Part shown: in pieces, positions 52,200 through 64,000 of the stretch
Layout of the letters: the number at the start of each line of letters is the position of its first letter
Numbering within the stretch: the first letter of the stretch is position 1
Origin: Lytechinus pictus
Lineage: Eukaryota
Length of the DNA stretch: 64,000 nucleotides
NCBI RefSeq assembly: GCF_037042905.1
Contig: NC_087246.1
Span: 248,001-312,000 of the forward strand
Direction of reading: 5' to 3'
Notes under the pieces: generated by a model
The model's input: only the letters and a program-made list of their open reading frames with translations
What the model was told of the DNA's origin: nothing
Databases searched by the model: none
Made by a program: the position numbers and the translations under genes

Positions 52200-55100
52200 T
52201 GATATTGCTTACGGCCATCGTAAAGCAATTGACTGTCTCTCCTGAGGGAATGCTTCTGGAAAAGATGGCATCCCACCAGATGCCCTCAGATACGGCAAGC
52301 CGGTACTTCTGGAGAACTTTAATGAGCTCTTGTTACAATATATTGGGAAAAGGGAAATGTCTCCAAAGACATATACGATGCCAACATTGTAACAATATCT
52401 ATACAAGAACAAAAAAGACCGCAGTGATTATGACATCACTACCACGGCATATACCTCCTCAGTATAATAGGGAAAGTCTTTGCCCAAGTCGTCGTGACCC
52501 CCTTCAGGTTCTCGCTTCAACTGTTCAAGCCTGCATGTACCCCGAGTAGCAGTATGGTTTCAGGACAGGTGGTTCAACAGTGGCGCGGTCTTATCTCTAC
52601 GTCAGCTACAGGAGAAGTGTTGGGAACAGCAGAAGAACATGTACCTTGCCTTCGTAGACCGGACAAAAACCTTAATTTGACTTGGTCAGCAGGAGTGGAC
52701 TATTTAGACTCATGCAAAAGATTGCCCCCAAGACTGTTACTAATGGTCACATTATTCCACAAGGACATGCTCAGTACAGTCTGCTACAAAGGTGGAACAT
52801 CTGTTGTCTTCCCTGTGAGCAGTGGTGTGAAGCAAGGTTGCGTCCTAGCTGGCCCCGACACTCTTCGGGATCTTCTTCTCCATACTTCTCAAGTATGCAT
52901 TTTGGCGATTGCAGAGAAGGCATCTTTATCCGTACCAGAGCAGATGGGAAACTTTCCAACATCGCCCGAATACGTGCCAATACAAGGGTTAGGGAGATGT
53001 TGTGCGCCGAGGACGCCACCCTTGACTCTCACATAGAAGCGGGACTGCAAGATCTAGTCAGCCGCCTGTTTTGTGAATGTAAGGAGTTTGGATCAGCCTG
53101 AAGAAGGCGCAGGACGAATGACTCAAGACACTGACTCTTCCCCATCTAAATTAACATCACTCGTCTGAACGTGGTGGAATCCTTCACCTACCTTGGATCC
53201 GACCATCTCTAGCTCCTTTTGTCTGGACAAAGAGATAAGCACCAGGATATGGAAATCTGCTGCAGTCATGGCCAAGCTTAATAAACGCGTTTGGAGTAAC
53301 AGCCAGATGACCCAGAATACCAAGCTTTGCGTTTGCCGGGCCTGTGTCCTCAGCAACGTCCTGTACGGAAGTAAGTCCTGGACAACGTACGCTGGTCAGG
53401 AAAGGCGACTAAACACCTTCTTTCCGGACCTTTCGTTGGAGAACGCGAACGCTTATTTACGACGTTAGTTGATTTTTTAAGAGACTTTTTGGGCCCGTCG
53501 TCATGGTTGTAAAACTCTGTCCTGCAATGCAAATTGTGTGACATGAGATTTTTTTTCGTTTCGCATCTGCAACGGAAACATTCAATATGCGTTTCGTGTG
53601 CAAAATTCTGGTTGCTACTATGGTAACAGCGATATATCCGATTTAGGACGACTTTCCAAAGCCAAATTTGGTTCCTCCCAGAGCTCGAGAGGCCGCCCGG
53701 GGGTCCCACTTCCATTGATGAGTGGATGCCAGGCGCGACCACGCGTAAAAGGGGACAGAGAAGGCAAGTACGTTACGTATAGGCCTATGTAACGTTATAA
53801 GGGTGTCAAAAACGTGTTTGAAATACTGAAAAAAGGGATATATATCCAATACTTGTAGGGTTTCACAAGCCAAATACTTGTTAAGAGATGCATTTTTCAT
53901 AATCTGGAAAAGACTTGCTTCCCTTGTTTAGGTGCTTTTCGAAACCCCATGGTCGTGCCTGGTATCCACTCATCAATGGAAGTGGTCCCCCCGGGAATTT
54001 GAATCTAATCCCCCATTTCTGGGGAAAGTAAAACATACTGCCTATTACATTGTGTGCTAGAGGCCTATCGTTTGTGTAGAAGGAGTAAACAAAAGAAAAA
54101 ACCCCGCAAAATCGACTGAAGTTCAGACGAATTTGGCCTACTGCATGCTGTGTACATAATTATCAACGCATGCGAAATGGTTTCGGCTGGAGAGGTGATC
54201 TGACCCATGGAATCAATTGCCAGTCATCCACCAATAATCCACATTAAATGCAATATCGATTCGATGGACTGTAATGATCTATATCTAAGCCTTAATTCAG
54301 TAAGTTTTTCCTCGTAAGTTTTTCCTCACTCAATATGTACTCGATTTGTTTGAAAAACCACTTTGTTATCAATGTCATAATCTATTGTGGGCCCTGCATT
54401 TCGAATATCTCCAGTCAGCTGTCATAGTAGAGGCTCGCCGCCGGCTCAGGGGGCATATACGATGATGACCATCAGTCGTAATGTAAAGTCATGTATGGTG
54501 CGGGTGTCGCGTGAAAGAATTTTGCGCACGAAAAGCAAATCTATAAGGGCCTTTAACACAAAGCTTAGCAATGATTGTTGAGGAGTTTTCTACGTTTGAT
54601 TCTATTGACTATAATGTACAATCATTCTTATAAATCAAGTGTATAATTAATCGTTAACTTTTGTGTAAGGGGACCCTAACGTTACCGTTCCTGAGGTTTG
54701 CGAAAGATGGCATATGTCCGCTGCCTCAGATGTATCCTGCACATTGAATGGTAGGACAGAAAGACAAATACAGAGGTCCTTCGTCGTGCCGACATCCCCA
54801 GCTTATTCTCGCTCCCAAGACACAGGCGCCGAAAGTGGTTAGGCATGTTCGCTGCATGAAACCCATGTTTATCCCAAAAGACACGGTGAGCTATATGATG
54901 GGTCTCGCCCCATCGGAAGACCACACCTCCGTTTAAAAGACACATGCAAACATGCTGACATGAAACTTACCGACAGAGACACCAACACTTGGGAAGATGT
55001 AGCAGAGCTAATGTTACTGTAGGTGTCGAGACGGCAGAAACCGAAATTATGCTCAATTGGCAGACCAAAGAGATAGGAGGAAGGCGAGGGCAGAGTTTTT

Positions 55101-55250
55101 ATCTGCACCTGTCTCCCCGCCATCTAGCTCCTTCATCTGTAAAAATTTCTCAAGCCACTGCCATTCTAGAGTGGGGCTCGACAGCCACTCTAGAAAATGT
55201 AAGACCTAGTGGTACACCATAGTCTTCCCAGACAAACGGATGCATGCAAC
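52200..55250 (+). mobile_element. Decayed RTE-clade LINE (reverse transcriptase and 3' end), split by a ~1.3-kb insertion at ~53421-54710
   Basis: Peptides across frames: DANIVTIYKNK, LRQLQEKC, SGVKQGCVLA, VESFTYLGS, VLYGSKSWT, TNTEVL, KWLGHV; many stops and frameshifts. Confidence 0.85.
53696..53995. mobile_element. CCCGGG-terminus MITE (cacttccattga.gagtggat family); interrupted copies at ~32748-38570 and ~55487-59642
   Basis: cccgggggtcccacttccattgatgagtggat ... atccactcatcaatggaagtggtccccccggg. Confidence 0.75.
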
Positions 55251-55498
55251 GATCGATGATTTCATGTGATGGGGTTCAGGTTCAGCTTAGCCTTTAGACA
55301 AGGCCCCATGTCTGATATGTTTACATCAAAACGTAAAAAGACTAATCGCGAAATTACGGCAGGGTGAATGTGAGAATTGTGAGCTTGCGAGTTTCTCGCG
55401 TTCATTTCTTTTCGTTGACCGTTAATCTCGTCTCAGCTACTACTTGTCTATACAAGACACTTGTTAGACCTCATCTGGAGTATGGGCCGGGGGGGGGG

Positions 55499-58400
55499 TG
55501 TTGCACCCACAAATGTAATAACGCCCACAAATGTAATAACGCCCACAAATGTAATAACACTTTACCCACAAATGTAATAACGCCCACAAATGTAATAACA
55601 CTTTACCCACAAATGTAATAATTTTTGATCGCCCACAAATGTAATAATGACTTTACCCACAAATGTAATAAATTTGAAGGGATTTTAGGACAATCCGTTC
55701 TAAACTAAAATCCTATAGTGATGCGTTCATATAGCACAAAATTGCAAAGTCTTTTTTCCAGACCCGATTAAGTAAAAAATTATAACATAATTTAAAGTCT
55801 TTTTTCCAGACCCGGTTGTTTCAAAAATTACAACATAAGTCCAAAGTCTTTTTTCCAGACCCAGTTATTAAAAAAATTATAATATAAGTCCAAACTAAGA
55901 TACCATAATGATATTCCAGTGGAATAAAAATAAAAATCGAGCTTAGTCTTTTCTCCAAACCCTGTTATTCGAAAATTATAGATAACAATACAACAACAAC
56001 AAAAATAGTATAAAGACCCCACAATCTTATTAATGCTGGATAACATAGACATATAGCATAGTCTTTCAGCCGGACCCAGTTATTTTTTTTCAAAATAACG
56101 CTAACAGTAATAATAAGAACATTTCAAATCTAAGACCAAACAATCCTTCAACCTAAGAACCTGTTTTAAAAAGAGGTTTAGAGCATTGTCTTTATTCCAG
56201 ACCTAATCATAAAAAAAATACCAAAAAAAAATCTTCTAACATAAGACTATATCATATTCTCACTCTTCTGGAATAACACGAGTTTTAAAACATACTCTTT
56301 TCTCCAGACCCGGTTATTTAAAAAAAATGAATAAAAAAAACTTCAACAGTTCAAATCTAAGACCAATCTTCAAAAGTTACACCCTTACTGGGTGTAACTG
56401 GGTGTAAAAATATGTTTTTACCCCGCATCCAGTTTTTTTTTTTTTATAATACTAAGACCCCTACAAAACACGACAGTATACGACAGGCTATTGAGTTATG
56501 TGGCAAAATGTCTCTTTTTTCTAATACAAGTTTATTACAAAAGAAGTATTCGGAATTTAGATCCAATGTTAATGTATATAATGATATTAGATTGGTTGAT
56601 AGTATTATTTCATTAAGTAAATTGACAGTTAGGAAAATATATTATGAATTGATCCAAGTAAAAACTGAAGAATCTAGAGCAGAGGAATTTTGGTGTAATA
56701 CCTTAGTATTTGACTGTTTACCAATTTGGACAGATGTTTGGTTATTTAAGTTAAAGTTAGTTAAGGATAATGTACTGGTCAATTTTAATTTTAAGTTCAT
56801 GTATAATATTTTGGCAACACCAGCTAACCTTTAGATGGAAATTAAAAGAAAATGACCAATGTTTTTACTGTGATAAAAAAGGTGATTGCAGTCATATGTT
56901 TTTCTCTTGTAACATAATGATAATATTTTGGAAAAAAGTTCAAGAAAATGTACAGAAATATATTTTGCAAAATTTTCATTTCCAGCCATGTCATATATTA
57001 TCAGGAATTTCATTTAGATCAAAAGAAAAAAATGATGTAGATATAATTTTGAATTATGCTTTATATACCATTTATAAATGTTTCGCTGGAAAAGAATCTA
57101 AAAGGAAAATAACGATTCAAAGGCTGTTTAATATTTTGTTTTACCTATCAAGATATCGTTTACAGATGGAAGAAAATGTGAAATCCAGAAAACCATGTAT
57201 TTCCCTCCAGAAATGGAGGCAAATGTTAGCACTGTGAATATATTTTGTTTGATGAATAAAGAAGACCAGCAATGGTTATTTTACAAAAAAAATAAATAAT
57301 AATAATGCATGGGTAAAGCAAACATCCTTTCTCCAGACTTGGTTATTATTTAAAAAAAAAGATAGTTTTTACAAATATTCTAAAACGAATACCCAATAAT
57401 CTAATTACTGTGGAATAACATGAAGATCGATTGTAGACTTTCCTCCAGACACAGTTATTTCAAGAATAAAAAAGCAATAAAACCCAACCCCAACAACGAA
57501 TCTAAAAACCAACAATCATCCAAATTAAGACCACATGTTTAGAGCGATGTCTTTATTCCAGACCCAGTCATTTAAAAAATATTTCAAACAGTCTTAAAAA
57601 CACAAGACTTTGTCATATTCTTATTCCTGTGGAATAACACGAGTATTATGCTTAGTCTTTCGTCTAGACCCGGTTATTTAAAAAATAAAGAAATATTGAA
57701 GAAAAAAAATAAGACAAAATTTCAAAATTAAGCCCAGTTAAAATGCTTGGGTTTAGAGTGTTGTCTTTACTCCACACCCAGTTCTCTGAAAAATACAAAT
57801 TAAGCGAAACTTTAATCTTAAAACTTAATCCCAGCATCTTCTAAACTATTAAAACCCTGTGATAACGCATACCACGAAAACGACAAAATTAATCATCGGC
57901 GTAAATGTTCATATCTGAATGATACGCAACTTAAAACCCAAGTTAACAATAACAACGTTATTCTACATCAATGATATTGTGGGGTCTTTGTTGATATAGT
58001 TTGTTTGTTTTTATTGTTTCTTATAATTTCCTATTTTGAAATAACTGAGTCTGGAGCAAAGACTACACCAAAGGTCTTTGTTTTGTTGTTTTAGTTTGGA
58101 CTTATATTATAATTTTCGAAGCAACCGGATCTGGAAAAAAGACTTTGAACTTATATTATAATTTTTGAAACAACCGGGTCTGGAAAAAAAGACTGTGAAC
58201 TTACAGTATAATTTTTGAAACAACTGGGTCTGGAAAAAAGACTTTGAACTTATATTATAATTTTTGAAACAACCGGGTCTGGAAAAAGACTTTGGACTTA
58301 TATTATAATTTTTTAAACAACCGGGTCTGGAAAAAAGACTTGGAACTTATATCATAATTTATGAAACAACCGGGTCTGGGAAAAAAGACTTTGAACTTAT

Positions 58401-58745
58401 ATTATAATTATTGAAACAACCGGGTCTGGAAGAAAAGACCTTGGATTATATTATACTTTCTTTATTAACCGGGTCTGGAAAAAAAAAGACTTTGCACTTT
58501 TGTGCTTTATGAACGTATTACTATAGGATTTCAGTTTAGAACGGATTCGCCAAAAATCCCTTCAAGTTAACTTTATTACATTTGTGGGTAAAGTCATTAT
58601 TACATTTGTGGGCGATCAAAATTATTACATTTGTGGGTAAAGTGTTATTACATTTGTGGGCGTTATTACATTTGTGGGTAAAGTGTTATTACATTTGTGG
58701 GCGTTATTACATTTGTGGGCGATTATTACATTTGTGGGTGTAACA
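55499..58745. mobile_element. Foldback element with TGT...ACA termini (Ginger-like); tandem repeats inside the TIRs
   Basis: TGTTGCACCCACAAATGTAATAA / TTATTACATTTGTGGGTGTAACA flanked by GGGG; 18-21-bp and ~48-bp subrepeats. Confidence 0.7.
56480..57305 (+). mobile_element. 3' fragment of an L1/Tx1-like LINE (C-terminal zinc-finger region, frameshifted)
   Basis: FKFMYNILATPANL / RWKLKENDQCFYCDKKGDCSHMFFSC; AATAAA followed by an A-rich tail. Confidence 0.75.
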
Positions 58746-59754
58746 GGGGGCACTTCCATTGACGAGTGGATACCATGCGCGACCATGGGGTCTTGAAAAG
58801 CACCCTAAACACGTATTTTCCATTTTCTGAAAATGCACCCCTTACAGTACACACCCGAAGAATCAAAAGTATTTTATAATGACTTGTTGTGGTCATCACT
58901 GTAAAGGGGAAGTATTACTAATCAGATATATAACTTCACTTTTAAAATAGTGATTAGAGTTTGCAAAAATCAGCTCTCAAAAATGACTTATTTTCATGGC
59001 ATATTTCTGCCTTCAACGGTCCTCCGCCGAACTCCAGCTGAGTGACGTCACACCAAGAGCAGTGAGCAGCTGAGCTGACAGCAGCCCATTGAAGACAATC
59101 TTTCCAATCAGCGTTTTTTGCTCTTAGAATTGTTTATTCCTCACAAGATTGGTCTTATTATATAGATAAAAGTTTGAATTTTCTGAACAGTAAAATGAAA
59201 TGCGCATTTAACATATTTTTTTCAATAAATATGTGTGAATAAACAAAGCATATTTTCACTTAGAAATCACACTTGCGTCACATTGATATTATAATCAATG
59301 AAAAGCATAGACATTCTTCTTCACGACAGAACAAAATTTATGAAATTTCATTACGTAGCAAAGTCAAGGAACCACAAAACACACGGCAATGTCCATCGCG
59401 AAATGATTGGAATTGCAGTTGAATTGCCGAAGCATTATGAGGCAACAGCGGCGAACGGACTTTGTTTCATATATCATTAAAAACGCGAAGTTGAGAGTGA
59501 AACGCTCTGTGGCCAAATCTGTAATGCCATTGTTTTGATGATTGCGAGGACCCTGGTTCGAACATCTCTGTCGGTGATTGTTTTTTTATTATTATATTCC
59601 TACCCAGCTCTTTTTTCTCTTTTCATTTTCATGGCCCCCGGGGGGAATAGTGCCTTGCATCCTAGAGATTTATGGGCATGCATTGATAAACTTGAAAAAG
59701 TCTAGAGACGTGCCACTAAATTACTGCCTATCTGAAGTTACATTCACTCGTATA

Positions 59755-60573
59755 CAGTGCGTCCCAGAAAAAACGAAACCGAGATATAGCGATGATTTAT
59801 CATAACTTAATCATAAATAAAATAGACAAATGACCTACCAATGTAAAGCTTAGAATCTCCTCTTTCATCTGATATTACTTAGACAATTCCTCATTCACGC
59901 ATGAGTGAGCAAAAATAATTGGAAGAAAGGATACCAAAAACTCATTTGGCGGGGGGTATCTGAATTTCAAAAAGAAAATCACATGACTAAAAAGTTCAAT
60001 ATCTGCTCTTTTCTTTGATACCTTAATCACAGAAAATGGTCAAGAAGTAAAAAAGTTATGATCCCTCGAAACAATGCTTGTATTTCCATAATTTCATTAA
60101 ATAAACGTGTTTTCACCGGTTTCCCACAGAAGCTATCGCATGGTAACAAAAGACTTAATGTGTGGTTGATCGTCAACAAAACGGAATGTCGAGTGAGTTT
60201 GAACGCTAGCCTGTAAAACCTCTTCATTTTATGAAAATATTGAAATTCAAGCCTTATTTCAAATAACCAGAACTTTGAAATTTCTTGACCATTTTCTGTA
60301 ATTGAGGTATCAAATTAAAGAGCAGATATTGAACTTGTTAGTCATGTGGTTTTCTTTTTAAAACCCAGATACGGCCCGCCAAAGGAGTTTTTGGTATCCT
60401 TTCTTCAAATTGTTTTTGCTCACTCATGCATGAATGAGGAATTATCTCAGTAATACCAGATGAAGAAGGAGATTCTAAGCTTTAAAATGGTAGGTCATTT
60501 GTCTATTGTATTTGTGATTAAGTTATGATAAATCATCGATAAATCTCGGTTTCGTCTTTTGTGGGACGCACTG
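59755..60573. mobile_element. Tc1/mariner-like palindromic MITE
   Basis: TA|CAGTGCGTCCCA...TGGGACGCACTG|TA; arms of about 300 bp. Confidence 0.87.
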
Positions 60574-60614
60574 TATAGAAGAAAACGAGGTGACATGATA
60601 AACAAATAGACTTT

Positions 60615-61800
60615 CAGGGGCGGATCCAGCCTTCGCCAATAGGGGGGGGGCCGGATTTTTTTTCAGCCATATTTTACCGATCGGCCGCTCGAAGATGATT
60701 TTTGTTTGTTTCTTTGAAGGGGTATTCCTAATAGTCACTTCTTAGCTTCATTCTTATAAATCAGCATAAATATATAACTATCATAATCCTTATTTATATG
60801 ATGCGAGCGCGAAGCGCGAGTTAATTTTTTTTTGAAATCTTATGTATTTTTTCCTAAAATTTTAACATTCTGGGCAATGTTTGTTATCCTGAAAAAGATG
60901 TGTATTCAACTAATTACTACGAACGCAAAGCGCGAGTAGAAATGAACTGATAGAAAACTGCTTGCAGTTAGCCATGCAGACATTACATATTTGAACAATC
61001 AAATAATGCGAGCGCGAAGCGTGAGCTGAAATTTTTTGACATTTTCACCAAAAGAATGGAAATTCAAAGCACTTTTTGTAACTTAAACAGAATAGGTGTA
61101 ACACTAAACAATTGATGCGAGCGCGAAGCGCTAGCGGAAAATTTCGAGATTTAGTCGTACTGAATGATCTATTCATGTAAATCATGAAAAGCATGAGTAA
61201 TTGGGGATCTTCCTTACATTAATAATGCGAGCGCAAAGCGCGAGCAGAAAATTTTTATATATGTTTTGAACTGATCGAAAAGGTACCTGTTATGAATTGC
61301 TTGCACTTAGCCATGAAGACGTTACATAATTATTTCAACAATCAAATAATGCGAGCGCGAAGCACGAGCTGAACATTTTGACATTTCAACATAAAGAATG
61401 GAAAATTTTAATCAATTTTTGTAATCGTGAACAGGATAGCTATACTGAACTAGACAATTGATGCGAGCGCGAAGCGCGCGCAGAAAAATTCGAGATTTAG
61501 ACCTAAAAATGAACCACTCTATTCATGTTTTGTAAATCATGAAAAGGATGCGTAATAGGGGATCCTCCTACATTAATAATGCGAGCACAAAGCGCGAGCG
61601 GAAATTTTTTTATATTGTGATCTAAAACTGGATAATGATTTAAATAGAGAACAAGTTGAGTATCTGAATAAACATGCGCGCGCGTGTTTAATATTTAGAC
61701 CTAGAATTGAGGCATTCTAAATACATCTTTTATCATGAAAATAAAAGTGAGCGCGAAGCGCGAGCTTAAACTATATGATATTCCGAACTGAAAAAAAAGG
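60615..61800. repeat. Interspersed repeat with tandem tgcgagcgcgaagcgcgagc modules (a shorter copy lies at ~47443-47730)
   Basis: gatccagccttcgccaataggggggg head shared by both loci; about 9 modules. Confidence 0.75.
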
Positions 61801-62869
61801 TCAATTTCAGCTTTATATTTCAAGCTTTTTGTAGGAAAATTGTGAGGTGGATATGGATCGCACTTAATAAATAGCTGATATTTTTCATTATTATTACTTT
61901 GAGTTTTGACATAGGACCGGGACATCCCTATAACATGAATAAATAGAGAAAATTCAAACTAGCATCGTCCTGAAAATTTCATCAAAATCGGATGTATAAT
62001 AAGTTAAGACATTTTAAAGTTTCCCTTATTTTTCACAAAACAGTGATATGCACGACTAGGTGAGTCAGTCGATGATGTCCATCACTCACTATTTCTTTTG
62101 TTGTTGTTGTTTTATTGTTTGAATTTTACAATATTTCATTTTTTTATAGATTTGACAATAAGGACCAACTTGACTGAACCATATAGTATTAAACAATGCT
62201 AATTCCACATATTCAGGGAGGAATTTATCGTAGTATCACTTGACAATGATGAGAAAATTGGAATATTTCATATTTCATATAATAGAATACAAAAGAAATA
62301 GTGAGTGGATGACGTCATAGTCTCCTCATTTGCATACCAGCCAGGATGTGCATATAACTGTTTTGTGAAATTAAGCAAACTTTAAAATTTCATAACTTTC
62401 TCATTCTATATCCGATTTTCAGGAAATTTTCAGTGTTATCAATGTTGGATTTTTCTCTTTTTATTCAAATCAACTTTTTGTTGCGGTGGACTTGTCCGTT
62501 ATCTTACCAAACAGCTTTATCAAACGCCCCCCTGAATACACACAGGACTACTTTCTCTTCCGAATATTGCTGATGCTGACTGACGAGGAATATCATCAAG
62601 ACACGAGGCCTTGACAAAAGGCTTGTTAGGACCAAAAACAAAGCCGTAGAGGACGTGTGGAGATTGTACAGATATCTTTTTTTTAAAGATGTTTAATTGT
62701 TTTTCTCTCAAATTAAATTCATGAAATGTAGTTCACAGAGTGACATTTGTAAAGAATAATTCGAACAAATTACTTAAACTCTTATACATTATGCACATCA
62801 TGTATTATTATTCAAAGACACTGCATCGTACCAGATGAGTGTGACTCCCAAATATCAGAGAAAAAAAAA

Positions 62870-62870
<1 letters not shown>

Positions 62871-62945
<75 letters not shown>
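62871..62945. repeat. (TA)n microsatellite
   Basis: Uninterrupted TA run of about 75 nt. Confidence 0.98.
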
Positions 62946-62948
<3 letters not shown>

Positions 62949-63179
62949 GGGCGATTAAGGGCGATCGTGCTGGACATGTTCGGTTTAGGTTACGGCGATT
63001 CTAGCTCGAACAAAATATGCTAATAGGTGAACAACATAAGTTGTAAGCGTACGTAAAGTCTATTTTCCACCCCCCCCCCCCCCCCCGAACCATGAACCTT
63101 GAAGAAGTACTTTCTCAAAAAGCGTATACACGCTGTCCCCCTTTCTCCCAGCCTTGATCATCTTTCCAATGACAATTAA

Positions 63180-63787
63180 AGGGATGCTCCGGGCTGAGAA
63201 AATTTATATCTAAATAGATAGGGTACAATTCACAGAGCAAAATTATGAAAATTTCATCAAAATCGGAAAACAAATATGAAGTTATATTGAATTTTAAAGT
63301 TTAGCAATATTTTGTGAAAACAATTTTATGCACGTCGTCATGAACATTCATTAGATGGGCTGATGATGTCACATCCCCACAATCCTTTTTCTTATGTAAT
63401 TACATTAATTCACGATTGTTTCATAATTTTGTTCATACATGTGTAAGTGATGAGTCTCCATTATGATTAAATAAGTTGCAGCAATAAATAACTAATGCAC
63501 TTAATCAGTTGTCAATCCAATTGTTTTAGTTCTTGGTAGAAAAATTTGAATAAAACTAATATCATACAATAAAGTACAAAAGAACAAGTGGGGGTATGAT
63601 ATCACCAGCCCACCTAATGAATATTCATGAAGACATGTCGATAACTGTTTCATCGGAATAATGCAAATCTTGAAAATTCAATAACTTTGTTATTTGTTAT
63701 CCGATTTTGATCAAATTTTCAGCATTTTGCTCTGTGAATTTTACTCTATTTATTAAAGTATAAATATCTTCGTCCTGGAGCATCCCT
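63180..63787. mobile_element. Kolobok-like MITE family D
   Basis: TTAA|AGGGATGCTCC...GGAGCATCCCT|TTAA. Confidence 0.85.
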
Positions 63788-64000
63788 TTAACACCTTCTA
63801 TAGGCCGCTGCTCCCCTCTCTCTCTCCCCCTTCTCTCTATCTTTCCCACTCTCTCTTCCTCCCTTCCTCTATTCTAGCTTTCTCTCACTCTCCCCCCCCC
63901 CCTCCCTCTCTTTGAAGCAGCTTGGATATGATGCTTAATGACAGCATTTACGATACATTTTTTTTCTTTTTCAGTAATCAAATTTTTTTGGGGGGAGTGG

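Larger units (their letters stand above)
55447..59735 (+). mobile_element. Short CR1-like LINE remnant split into 55447-55485 and ~59643-59735
   Basis: LYKTLVRPHLEYG | NSALHPR..IDKLEKV*RRATKLLP. Confidence 0.7.

Noticed and set aside
52172..53468. Active reverse transcriptase gene
   Set aside because: Multiple stops, frameshifts and an insertion; no intact catalytic YADD motif seen.

Overview
AT-rich, repeat-dense eukaryotic (animal) genomic DNA, not prokaryotic; the repeat content looks like a marine invertebrate, probably a sea urchin (inference). Two host genes lie on the minus strand. (1) The 5' part of NAA25, the NatB auxiliary subunit: I assembled 13 coding exons by hand from the ATG at 44682 down to 815. 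All introns are GT-AG with consistent phases, and the gene continues past the left edge. (2) A single-coding-exon GT10 alpha-1,3-fucosyltransferase (49727-51076). The rest is heavily nested non-autonomous transposons (Kolobok-, piggyBac-, hAT-, Tc1/mariner-, Academ-, Ginger- and Helentron-like), SINEs and decayed RTE, CR1 and L1/Tx1 LINE fragments. Most notable are two unrelated minisatellites (67 bp and 49 bp), each an amplified NAA25 exon end plus its own 5' splice site; the 67-bp unit also holds a potential in-frame 36-nt micro-exon. A MITE has also apparently copied about 630 bp of host intron from a paralogous site 14.7 kb away. Most short ORFs in the supplied track are spurious. TE superfamily labels rest on termini and target-site duplications (TSDs) only, with no database search.
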